Source: Alphaproteobacteria bacterium
Lineage (GTDB): Bacteria > Pseudomonadota > Alphaproteobacteria > UBA828
DNA: 64,000 nucleotides
Direction: 5' to 3'
NCBI GenBank assembly: GCA_963667785.2
Contig: CAXXMU010000001.1
Coordinates: forward strand, 288,001-352,000
Positions 1 through 8,276 of the stretch are shown one piece after another. The translations under genes and the position numbers were made by a program. Position 1 is the stretch's first letter, and each line of letters opens with the position of its first letter. A model generated the notes under the pieces. The model did no database searches and had not been told where the DNA came from. It was given only the letters and a program-made list of their open reading frames with translations.

Positions 1-319
1 ACGGGCGCCGGGCGGGGCCGTGGTTGAGCCCCACGATGCCGCGCTCGTAGACCTCGCGGTGAACCGCCGCGTAGAGCGGATTGTGGCGGACCACCGAGCG
101 GGGGCGGCCGCCGTCGTCCAGCGTCTCCAGAACCGGCGGGGCGAAGCGGTTGGTGTAGTCGGCCTGCCCCTCGACCGTGGTCGCGGCCCAGGCGCCGAAG
201 TCGTCCAGGCGCTCGGCGTCCGCCTCGGTCAGCCACGGCGTGCTGCGGCGCAGCAGGGCCTGGAGATTCCGGTCCGCCCGGTAGTAGTTGCCGCCGTGAG
301 CGCCGTTCCTCTCGGTCAT
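1..319 (-). CDS. Acyl-CoA dehydrogenase, AidB-like (N-terminal part; runs off the window edge)
   Basis: Hand translation from ATG at 319: MTERNGAHGGNYYRADRNLQALL...NRFAPPVLETLDDGGRPRSVVRHNPLY. This resembles the AidB N-terminal pattern (N.y..D..L, P.L...D..G.....V..hP.Y). AGGAGG lies upstream. It is absent from the ORF track because it has no stop in the window. Confidence 0.7.
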   Translation of the reverse strand, partial: MTERNGAHGGNYYRADRNLQALLRRSTPWLTEADAERLDDFGAWAATTVEGQADYTNRFAPPVLETLDDGGRPRSVVRHNPLYAAVHREVYERGIVGLNHGPARRP

Positions 320-438
320 GCGCGCGCGACCTCCTGGTACGCAGGGGGCGCCTGCGGGGGTATAGTCCGCGATGTTACTCCGATTTGGCAGGCGCACGCC
401 CGGCCCGTGTGGCGCGGGCGTGCCGGGTGAGGCGGATC

Positions 439-1212
439 ATGGCGCGGCTGGCCGGCAAGGTGGCGATCGTGACCGGGGCGACCAGCGGGCTCGGCGCGGC
501 GGCGGCGGCGCGCATGGCCGGAGAAGGCGCGACGGTGCTGGTGACAGGGCGGGACGAAGGGCGCGGCTGCGCGGTTGCCGAGACCATCGCGGCTGCGGGC
601 GGCGAGGCCCGGTTCCAGCCGCTCGACGTGACCGACGAGGCCGCCTGGCAGGCGACGGTCGACGGCGTCATGGCGGCGCACGGCCGCCTCGACATCCTCT
701 TCAACAATGCCGGCACCACCCGTGCCGAGCCGATCGCCGAGGTGACGCTCGAGACCTGGCGGCGGATCATGGCGGTCAACGCCGACGGCGTCTTCCTCGG
801 CACGCGGAGCGCGATCCCCGCCATGCGGCGCTCGGGCGGCGGCTCCATCATCAACATGTCGTCGGTGCTCGGCCTGGTCGGCACGGCGCATCTCGCCGCC
901 TACACGGCGTCGAAGGGCGCGGTCCGCTACTTCACCAAGTGCGTGGCGCTCGAATGCGCCCGCGACGGCAGCGGCATCCGCGTCAACTCCATCCACCCCG
1001 CCTTCATCGCCACGCCGATGATGGACGAGACGGCGATCCGCATGTTCGGCGATGCCGAGGCCGGCTTCCGCGAGTTCGGCAAGCTGCACCCGGTGGGCCA
1101 TGTCGGCGAGCCCGACGACGTCGCCAACGGCGTGGTCTATCTGGCCTCGGACGAGGCGAAGTTCGTCACCGGCACCGAGCTGGTGATCGACGGCGGCTAC
1201 ACGGCGGAATAG
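439..1212 (+). CDS. Classical SDR oxidoreductase (hydroxysteroid/cyclopentanol dehydrogenase-like)
   Basis: TGATSGLG, NNAG, YTASK and IRVNSIHP motifs. Confidence 0.9.
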   Translation: MARLAGKVAIVTGATSGLGAAAAARMAGEGATVLVTGRDEGRGCAVAETIAAAGGEARFQPLDVTDEAAWQATVDGVMAAHGRLDILFNNAGTTRAEPIAEVTLETWRRIMAVNADGVFLGTRSAIPAMRRSGGGSIINMSSVLGLVGTAHLAAYTASKGAVRYFTKCVALECARDGSGIRVNSIHPAFIATPMMDETAIRMFGDAEAGFREFGKLHPVGHVGEPDDVANGVVYLASDEAKFVTGTELVIDGGYTAE

Positions 1213-1246
1213 GCGCGCTCGCGCGCCGCTAGCGGAGAGACGAGCC

Positions 1247-2029
1247 ATGGCGGACGACTTCAAGGTGTACTGGCAGCCGGGATGCTCGAGCTGCCTCAGG
1301 GCCAAGGAGTTCCTGGCCGCGCGCGGCATCGCCTACGAATCCATCAACGTTCGCGCGAAGCCGGAGGCGATGGAGGAGCTGGCCGCGCTCGGCGCGCAGT
1401 CGATCCCGGTGGTGGTCCAGGGGCGGCGCTTCGTCTTCGCCCAGGACCTGGGCGATCTCGCGCGTTTCGTCGGCGTCAGGCTGGAGCGGGAGCCGCTGCC
1501 GCCGGCGGAGCTGGTGCAACGGCTCGACCTGATCCTCGCGGCGACGCAGCGCTACCTCGGCCAGTTCCCGGCCGCGGCGCTTGAGGAGGGGCTGCCGGGG
1601 CGGGAGAGGACCATCCTCGACCTCGGCTACCACATCTTCGTGATTCCCGCGGCCTTCCTCGATGCCGCCCGCGGCGCCCGGCTCACCTTCGACTACTTCG
1701 AGCGCACGCCCGGCCCCGACATGCGGAGCGCCGCGCAGGTCTCGGCCTATGGCGAGACCGTGCGCCACGCGCTCCGGGAGTGGTGGGGCAAGGCCGATGC
1801 GGCGCGCCTCGGCACGCTCGACACCTATTACGGCATCCACCCGGCGGAGCGCGTGCTGGAGCGGACCGCGTGGCATGCGGCGCAGCACGCGCGCCAGCTC
1901 ATGGCGCTCCTGGAGCAGCGCGGCATCGCGCCCGACCGCGCTCTCGGCGAGGCCGAGCTCGACGGCCTGCCGCTGCCGGAAGGGGTGTACGACGACGAGG
2001 TCGCGCTCGAAGGCGCCGCCGGCGGCTGA
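1247..2029 (+). CDS. Glutaredoxin (NrdH-like) domain fused to a DinB-like helical domain
   Basis: N-terminal VYWQPGCSSC...SIPVV thioredoxin fold; C-terminal LGYHIF and WHAAQHARQL His motifs; GGAGA RBS. Confidence 0.7.
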   Translation: MADDFKVYWQPGCSSCLRAKEFLAARGIAYESINVRAKPEAMEELAALGAQSIPVVVQGRRFVFAQDLGDLARFVGVRLEREPLPPAELVQRLDLILAATQRYLGQFPAAALEEGLPGRERTILDLGYHIFVIPAAFLDAARGARLTFDYFERTPGPDMRSAAQVSAYGETVRHALREWWGKADAARLGTLDTYYGIHPAERVLERTAWHAAQHARQLMALLEQRGIAPDRALGEAELDGLPLPEGVYDDEVALEGAAGG

Positions 2030-2114
2030 GCGGCGCGCGCCGGCCGGCGAGGCACGGGCCCGACGGGTATCCCCGATCGCGACGTTTGACTGCGTTGTTG
2101 AGATGCCCATTTCA

Positions 2115-2209
2115 CGTCATGGCCGGGCTCGTCCCGGCCATCCACGTGTTTGCGTGGCGTTCGACAGGTCTGGCTCAGCGAGATGCCCGGATCAAGTCCG
2201 GGCATGACG
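2115..2209. repeat. REP-like double-hairpin intergenic element (alphaproteobacterial type)
   Basis: ATGGCCGGG-ctcgt-CCCGGCCAT and ATGCCCGGA-tcaag-TCCGGGCAT form perfect 9-bp stems. The outer ends CGTCATG...CATGACG are inverted. It lies between convergent genes. Confidence 0.8.
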
Positions 2210-2221
2210 AAGTAGAGTTCG

Positions 2222-2824
2222 CTACCAGCCGCCGGTTTCGAGCCAGCGGTCGATCTGCTCCAGCCGGTCGTGGCCCCAGAACATCTCGTCGCCGACGAAG
2301 ACGGTGGGCGAGCCGAAGACGCCGCGATCGAGCGCCTGATCGTTCTCGACGCGCAGCCGGTCCTTCACCGCCTGGTCCTGCAGCGCCGCCACCAGCGCAT
2401 CGCCGTCGACGCCGAGCGCCTGCGCCGCCTCGACCACGGTCTCGGGCCGGCTCAGGTCGCGGTTCCCGGTGAAGTAGCCGCGGTAGAGCGCCAGCGCGAG
2501 GTCGTGGGCGGCGCCCGCGTCGCTCTCCGCCAGCCAGTAGAAGGCGCGGCAGGCGGCGATGCTGTTGACCGGGAAGTTGTCGGGTACGCTGAAGGCGATG
2601 CCGTGAAGGCGGGCCGAGCGCAGCATGTCGTGGCGCGAGTAGGGCCCCTTCATCGGCTGGTCCACCAGCGGGCTGCCGCCGATCTTCTGGAAGACGGCGC
2701 CGAGCAGGAAGGGCCGCCACGCGACCGTGCGCCCGTGCCGTTCCGCAATGCCGTCGATGCGCTCGGCTGCGAGATAGCCGTAGGGCGAGGAGAAGTCGAA
2801 GTAGAAGTCGATGCTCTCGCTCAT
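2222..2824 (-). CDS. 2-hydroxychromene-2-carboxylate isomerase / GST-kappa (DsbA-like) family protein
   Basis: IDFYFDFSSPYGYL and GVFGSPT...FWGHDR motifs. True start is MSESIDF inside the longer 2222..3883 ORF. Confidence 0.9.
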   Translation of the reverse strand: MSESIDFYFDFSSPYGYLAAERIDGIAERHGRTVAWRPFLLGAVFQKIGGSPLVDQPMKGPYSRHDMLRSARLHGIAFSVPDNFPVNSIAACRAFYWLAESDAGAAHDLALALYRGYFTGNRDLSRPETVVEAAQALGVDGDALVAALQDQAVKDRLRVENDQALDRGVFGSPTVFVGDEMFWGHDRLEQIDRWLETGGW

Positions 2825-2829
2825 CGCCG

Positions 2830-3981
2830 TCACTCCCGCGCGAGCGCCCGGCTGATGACCAGCCGCTGGACGTCGCTCGTGCCCTCGTAGATCGTGCAGA
2901 CGCGCTGGTCGCGGTAGATGCGCTCCACCGGGAAGTCGCTCAGGTAGCCGTAGCCGCCGAGGGTCTGGATCGCCTTCGAGCAGACCCGCTCCGCCGTCTC
3001 CGAGGCGAAGAGCTTGGCCATGGAGGCTTCCTTCAGGCAGGGCTCGCCGGCATCGCGCAGCCGCGCCGCCTGCAGCGTCAGCAGGCGCGATGCCTCGATC
3101 TCCGTCGCCATGTCGGCGAGCCGGAAGCCCACCGCCTGATGCTCGATCAGCGGCTTGCCGAAGCTCTCCCGCTCCCTGGCATAGGCGAGCGCGGCCTCGT
3201 AGGCGGCCCGCATGGCGCCGGTCGCCTGGGCGGCGACGCCGATGCGCCCGCCCTCGAGGTTGCCGAGCGCGATGGCGTAGCCCTGGCCGGGCTCGCCCAG
3301 CATCAGGTCGGGGGTGAGGCGGACCTCCTCGAAGACGATCTGGCAGGTGTCGTGCGCCCGCTGGCCCATCTTTGTCTCGTGGCTCGCGACCCGGTAGCCG
3401 TCCGTATCGGTCGGCACCAGGAAGCAGCTGATCCCCTTCTTGCCGGCGTCCGGGTCGGTGACGGCGAAGACCATCGCGAGGTCCGCCCTGGAGCCGCTGG
3501 AGACGAACTGCTTGGTGCCGCTCAGGCGGTAGCCGTTGCCGTCCGGCACCGCGCGGGTGCGCAGGTTGGAGGCGTCCGAGCCCGCCTGCGGCTCGGTCAG
3601 GCAGAAGCAGCCGAGCATGTCGCCGCGCGCGAGCGGGCGCAGGAAGCGCTCCTTCTGCGCCTCCGAGCCGGCCTTGAGAATGCCCGCGCAGACGAGCGAG
3701 TTGTTGACGCTCATCGCCGTCGACGTGCCGACGTCGCCGGCCGCGATCTCCTCCATGGCGAGCGCGTAGGCCACGTGGTCGGCACCGGCTCCGTCCCATT
3801 CCGGCGGCACCAGCATGCCCATCAGCCCGAGCCTGCCCATGCGGGAGAGGAGGTCGTCGGGGTAGCCGCCCTCCAGGTCCCACCTGCCGGCATGGGGGGC
3901 GAGCTCGCCCTCGGCGAAGTCGCGCGCCATGTCGCGGACCATCCGCTGCTCGTCGCTGAGGAAGAGGCCGTTCCCTGCCAT
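2830..3981 (-). CDS. Acyl-CoA dehydrogenase (short/branched chain)
   Basis: CFCLTEPQAGSD, GGRIGVAAQA, LGGYGY and IYEGTSDVQR motifs. Confidence 0.93.
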   Translation of the reverse strand: MAGNGLFLSDEQRMVRDMARDFAEGELAPHAGRWDLEGGYPDDLLSRMGRLGLMGMLVPPEWDGAGADHVAYALAMEEIAAGDVGTSTAMSVNNSLVCAGILKAGSEAQKERFLRPLARGDMLGCFCLTEPQAGSDASNLRTRAVPDGNGYRLSGTKQFVSSGSRADLAMVFAVTDPDAGKKGISCFLVPTDTDGYRVASHETKMGQRAHDTCQIVFEEVRLTPDLMLGEPGQGYAIALGNLEGGRIGVAAQATGAMRAAYEAALAYARERESFGKPLIEHQAVGFRLADMATEIEASRLLTLQAARLRDAGEPCLKEASMAKLFASETAERVCSKAIQTLGGYGYLSDFPVERIYRDQRVCTIYEGTSDVQRLVISRALARE

Positions 3982-3992
3982 GGCGTCTGCTC

Positions 3993-4592
3993 TCAGAGCC
4001 GCTCGTAGGCGGCGTCGACCGGCGTGCAGGCGACGCCGTTGATGGGCAGGATGTCCTGCGGGCAGCAGGAGAACGCCAGCACGATGTCCATCTCCGCCCG
4101 CAGCACCACGTGGTCGCCGGGGCTGGAGACGGTGGGCTCGAAGGAGACCGAGCCGTCGGCGCCCACGGGGATGTTCATCCACATGTTCCAGGGGGACGGC
4201 GTCTCCGCCGACTTGAGCCCGATCGCCGCGAGGCCGGCGTGGAGATTGTCCTCGCAATTGTCGTGATCGTCGCCGGCGCCGAGCAGGATGTAGCGCCAGC
4301 GGTCACAGGCGGCGATCAGCGTGTCGTGGATGCCGGGCGAGGTGTCCTCCACGAGGGTGAGGATCGCGCGCCGCCTGTTGGTGACCATGGTATCGCCGGG
4401 CCGGGGGAAGATGCCGCCGATGGCGACGCGCGAATGCTCCATCGACATGAACTCGGTCATGTCGCCTGCATTGAAGGCCCAGGTATCCACCACCTGGGTG
4501 CCGTGGGTGTTGACGAGCTTGAGCGCCTCGCCCGCGCCGAGCCTGAGCGCGTGGCCGCTTCTCGCCGGTATCGTCTCGCGCCCGCCCGCCAT
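3993..4592 (-). CDS. Urea carboxylase-associated family protein (DUF1989)
   Basis: GTQVVDTWAF, HDTLIAACD, HDNCEDN and SCCPQD conserved Cys/His pattern. Confidence 0.85.
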   Translation of the reverse strand: MAGGRETIPARSGHALRLGAGEALKLVNTHGTQVVDTWAFNAGDMTEFMSMEHSRVAIGGIFPRPGDTMVTNRRRAILTLVEDTSPGIHDTLIAACDRWRYILLGAGDDHDNCEDNLHAGLAAIGLKSAETPSPWNMWMNIPVGADGSVSFEPTVSSPGDHVVLRAEMDIVLAFSCCPQDILPINGVACTPVDAAYERL

Positions 4593-4602
4593 GGCGGCGG
4601 CC

Positions 4603-5790
4603 CTAGTGCAGGCGCTCGACGGCGAGCGCCGTGGCCTCGCCGCCGCCGATGCAGAGCGCGGCCGCGCCCTTCTCAAGCCCGTACTTCTCGAGCGCGGCCA
4701 AGAGCGTGATGACGATGCGCGCGCCCGACGCGCCGACCGGATGGCCGAGCGCGCAGGCGCCCCCGTGCACGTTCACCTTCTTGTGGTCGAGGTCGAGATC
4801 GCGCATGGCCGCCATGGCGACCACGGCGAAGGCCTCGTTGATCTCGTAGAGGTCCACGTCGTCCGCGTCCCAGCCGATCTTCTCGAACAGCTTGCGGAGC
4901 GCCGGCCCCGGCGCGGTGGTGAACCAGGCCGGCGCCTGCGCGTGGGTGGCGTGGCCGTGAATGACGGCGACCGGCCTGAGCCCGCGTGCGTCGGCCTCGG
5001 AGCGGCGCATCAGCACCAGCGCCGCGCCGCCGTCCGAGATCGAGCTGGAATTGGCGGCGGTCACCGAGCCGTCCTTGGCGAAGGCGGGCCGGAGCGTCGG
5101 GATCTTGTCGAGGTCGGCCGTCAGCGGCTGCTCGTCCTGGGCGACCACCGTCTCTCCCTTGCGGTGCGTGACCGTGACCGGCGCGACCTCGCCGTCGAAG
5201 GAGCCGTCCTCGATCGCCGTCTTCGCGCGGGTGAGCGAGGTGATGGCGAACTCGTCCTGCTGCTCGCGGGTGAACTGGTAGGTGCGCGCCGTCTCCTCGG
5301 CGAAGTGGCCCATCAGCTTGCCCTTGTCGTAGGCGTCCTCCAGGCCGTCGAGGAACATGTGGTCCTGCACCTTGCCGTGGCCCATGCGGTAGCCGCCGCG
5401 GGCGCGATCCAGCAGGTAGGGCGCGTTGGTCATGCTCTCCATGCCGCCGGCGACGACGATGGCGCCGGAGCCGGCCGCGATCAGGTCGTGGGCGAACATC
5501 GCCGCCTTCATGCCGGAGCCGCACATCTTGTTGATGGTGGTGCAGCCGACATGGTCGGGGATGCCGGCGCCGATGGCGGCCTGGCGCGCCGGCGCCTGGC
5601 CCTGGCCGGCCGAGAGGATGTTGCCCATGATCACCTCGTCGACCTCGTGCGCCTCGACGCCCGCGCGGGAAAGCGCCGCCTCGATCGCCGCAGAGCCGAG
5701 CTCGGGCGCTCGGGCGTCCTTCAGCGCTCCCTGGAATCCGCCCATGGGCGTGCGCGCCATGCCGACGATGACGATCGGATCATCCATCAT
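4603..5790 (-). CDS. Acetyl-CoA C-acyltransferase (thiolase)
   Basis: NKMCGSG, NEAF, GHPVGASG and CIGGG catalytic motifs. Confidence 0.95.
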   Translation of the reverse strand: MMDDPIVIVGMARTPMGGFQGALKDARAPELGSAAIEAALSRAGVEAHEVDEVIMGNILSAGQGQAPARQAAIGAGIPDHVGCTTINKMCGSGMKAAMFAHDLIAAGSGAIVVAGGMESMTNAPYLLDRARGGYRMGHGKVQDHMFLDGLEDAYDKGKLMGHFAEETARTYQFTREQQDEFAITSLTRAKTAIEDGSFDGEVAPVTVTHRKGETVVAQDEQPLTADLDKIPTLRPAFAKDGSVTAANSSSISDGGAALVLMRRSEADARGLRPVAVIHGHATHAQAPAWFTTAPGPALRKLFEKIGWDADDVDLYEINEAFAVVAMAAMRDLDLDHKKVNVHGGACALGHPVGASGARIVITLLAALEKYGLEKGAAALCIGGGEATALAVERLH

Positions 5791-5887
5791 GTTCCGTGTT
5801 CTCCCGCGTTCCGTGGGCGCATGCTGCACCGCGGCACATTACATAGTCCCTGCCCTGGCGAATATCCAGCCCGCCCGGTGGCCCGCG

Positions 5888-7198
5888 TCAGACCTGGCCC
5901 TCGGCCGGCTTGTGGGTCAGCGCCACGCTGTTGGGCCTCCCCGGCAGGGAGAGCGCCGTCACCGCCGGCGGGGTACGTGCGACCACCTCGCCGCGGCGGA
6001 TCACCGCGAGCCGCGTCGCCCGCAGCCTGATCGCCTCCAGCGGGTCCGCGGCCTGGAGGACGACCATGTCGGCATGGCAGCCGGGCTCCAGCCCGTAGCC
6101 GTCCAGGTGCATGATCCTGGCGGGGTTCACCGTGATCGCGTCGAAGCAGGCCTTCACCTCGTCCGCCCCGAACATGCCCGCCACGTGCGAGCCCATGTGC
6201 GCGACCTCGAGCATGTCGGCGCTGCCATAGACGTACCACGGGTCCATCATGCAATCCTGGCCGAAGGCCAGCGTGATGCCGGCCTCCCTCAGCTCGGGCA
6301 CGCGCGTTATGCCGCGCCATTTCGGATAGCTGCCGTTGTTGTGTCCCCACGCCGCGATGTTGGTGAGCGGATTGGGAGTCACGCCGATCTCCGACTCCGC
6401 AATCAGCGGAATCAGCTTGCTGACGTAGTAGTTGTCCATGACGTGCATGGAGGCCAGGTGCGACGCCGTCACCCGCCCCTGGAGGCCGAGGCGGTGGGTC
6501 TCCCGGGAGAGCGTCTCGATGTGACGCGACATCGGGTCGTCGGTCTCGTCGCAGTGCATGTCGACGAGCAGCCCGCGCTCTGCGGCAATCTCCAACAGCT
6601 CGGTCACCGACGCGGTGCCGTCGGCCATCGTGCGCTCGAAGTGCGGAATGCCGCCGACCACCTCGACTCCCATGTCGAGCGCCCGCCGCAGGTGGTCCTG
6701 CGCGCCCGGGTAGCGGTAGTAGCCCATCTGCGGGAAGGCGATGAGCTGCAGGTCGATGTAGGGCGCGACCCGGCGCTTGACTTCGAGCAGCGCCTCCACG
6801 CCGGTCAGCCTCTCGTCGCAGACGTCGACATGGCTGCGAATCGCCTGGATTCCCTGGGCGATCGCCATGTCGCAATAGGTCATCGCCCGCTCGGCGACCG
6901 CCTCCGGAGTCAATTGGCGCTTCAGCTCGTCCCACAGATAGATGCCCTCGAAGAGGAGGCCGGACTGGTCGGGGCGCGGCAAGGCGTCGGTCAGAGGGCG
7001 CGCCAGCGTCGCATCCATGTGGAAGTGAGCGTCGATGAAGGGCGGCGTGACCAGCCGGTCCGTGGCGTCGATCTCCTGCCCGGCCTCGGCCTGCAGCGCG
7101 GGCTCCACGGCAACGATGCGCCCGTCCTGCACGCCGATGTCCACGCCGGCTCGTCCATCGGGCAGAGTGGCCCCGCGCACGATCAAGTCCATCGCCAT
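5888..7198 (-). CDS. Cytosine/creatinine deaminase-like amidohydrolase (bacterial CodA family)
   Basis: DAHFHMD, GGIPHFE, HCDETDDP, ASH and FGQDC metal-site motifs. Substrate not certain. Confidence 0.85.
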   Translation of the reverse strand: MAMDLIVRGATLPDGRAGVDIGVQDGRIVAVEPALQAEAGQEIDATDRLVTPPFIDAHFHMDATLARPLTDALPRPDQSGLLFEGIYLWDELKRQLTPEAVAERAMTYCDMAIAQGIQAIRSHVDVCDERLTGVEALLEVKRRVAPYIDLQLIAFPQMGYYRYPGAQDHLRRALDMGVEVVGGIPHFERTMADGTASVTELLEIAAERGLLVDMHCDETDDPMSRHIETLSRETHRLGLQGRVTASHLASMHVMDNYYVSKLIPLIAESEIGVTPNPLTNIAAWGHNNGSYPKWRGITRVPELREAGITLAFGQDCMMDPWYVYGSADMLEVAHMGSHVAGMFGADEVKACFDAITVNPARIMHLDGYGLEPGCHADMVVLQAADPLEAIRLRATRLAVIRRGEVVARTPPAVTALSLPGRPNSVALTHKPAEGQV

Positions 7199-7277
7199 GT
7201 CGTCTCTCCCGTTTCTGTTCCGGCCCGTTTCCGCTCTGCCCCGTCTCCCGCCTTGACGCGTAAAGTCCGGCGCCGCT

Positions 7278-8276
7278 CTACGCGTCGCGCCCCAGAAGGC
7301 GGCGGACGATGCGGCGCGCGGCGGCACCAGGCGTGAGCGTGCCTGCCGCGACCTCCGCTTCCAGCGCGTCCACCGCAGGCGCCAGCCGCTCGTCGGCGCG
7401 GAGCGTCGCCATCAGCGTGTCCTCGGCCTCGCGCCAGAGCCAGGCGCGCGCCTGCGCGGCCCGCTTCGCCTCCAGCGCGCCCGCCTGTGAGAGCGTCGCC
7501 CGGTGCCGCTCCACCGCGTTCGCGATCTCGTCGAGGCCGTGGCCCTCCAGCGACGAGCAGGCGATGACGCAGGGGGTCCACGGCCCCTCGCCGGCGTGGA
7601 GCGAGAGCGCGGCCTCGAAGTCCGCCGTGGCGTGGGCGGCAGGGCCCGCCAGCGCGCCGTCGGCCTTGGTGACGACGACGATGTCGGCGCGCTCCACGAC
7701 GCCGCGCTTGATCCCCTGCAGCTCGTCGCCGGCGCCCGGCTGCACCAGCAGCATGGTGAGGTCCACCATGTCGGCGACGGCGGCCTCGGACTGGCCGACG
7801 CCGACGGTCTCCACCATCACCAGGTCGAAGCCCGCCGCCTCGCAGGCGAGCATCACGTCGCGCGTGCGCCGTGCGACGCCGCCGAGCGTGCCGCCGGCGG
7901 GCGAGGCGCGGATGAAGCTCTGCTCGCTCCGGGCGAGCTCCGGCATGCGCGTCTTGTCGCCGAGGATCGAGCCGCCCGAGCGCGTGCTGGAGGGGTCGAT
8001 CGCGAGCACGGCAAGCCGGCGGCCGGCCGCGATCTGCCGGGTGCCGAAGGCCTCGATGAAGGTCGACTTGCCCACCCCCGGCGCGCCCGAGATGCCGAGC
8101 CTGACGGCCTTGCCGGAATGCGGCAGCAACGCCTGGAGCAGCGCCTCGGCCTCGGCGCGATCGGCCTCCCTGGTCGATTCGAGGAGGGTGATCGCCGCCG
8201 CGAGCGCCCGCCGGTCGCCCGCGAGAACCGCGTCGGCCGACGGCGCACGGTCGGCGGTGCCCTTGCTGCCCGTCAT
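7278..8276 (-). CDS. meaB: Methylmalonyl-CoA mutase-associated GTPase MeaB
   Basis: GAPGVGKST, DPSS..SGGSILGDKTRM, ETVGVGQSE and GDELQGIKRG motifs; near the mutase gene. Confidence 0.95.
   Translation of the reverse strand: MTGSKGTADRAPSADAVLAGDRRALAAAITLLESTREADRAEAEALLQALLPHSGKAVRLGISGAPGVGKSTFIEAFGTRQIAAGRRLAVLAIDPSSTRSGGSILGDKTRMPELARSEQSFIRASPAGGTLGGVARRTRDVMLACEAAGFDLVMVETVGVGQSEAAVADMVDLTMLLVQPGAGDELQGIKRGVVERADIVVVTKADGALAGPAAHATADFEAALSLHAGEGPWTPCVIACSSLEGHGLDEIANAVERHRATLSQAGALEAKRAAQARAWLWREAEDTLMATLRADERLAPAVDALEAEVAAGTLTPGAAARRIVRRLLGRDA

Noticed and set aside
2222-3883. Apparent long N-terminal extensions or fusions (also 14810..18097, 19507..21912, 45461..46855, 52033..53502)
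   Set aside because: The extensions are off-frame readings of the upstream gene. Real starts sit at or near stop/start junctions, so there is no evidence for fusion or programmed frameshift.
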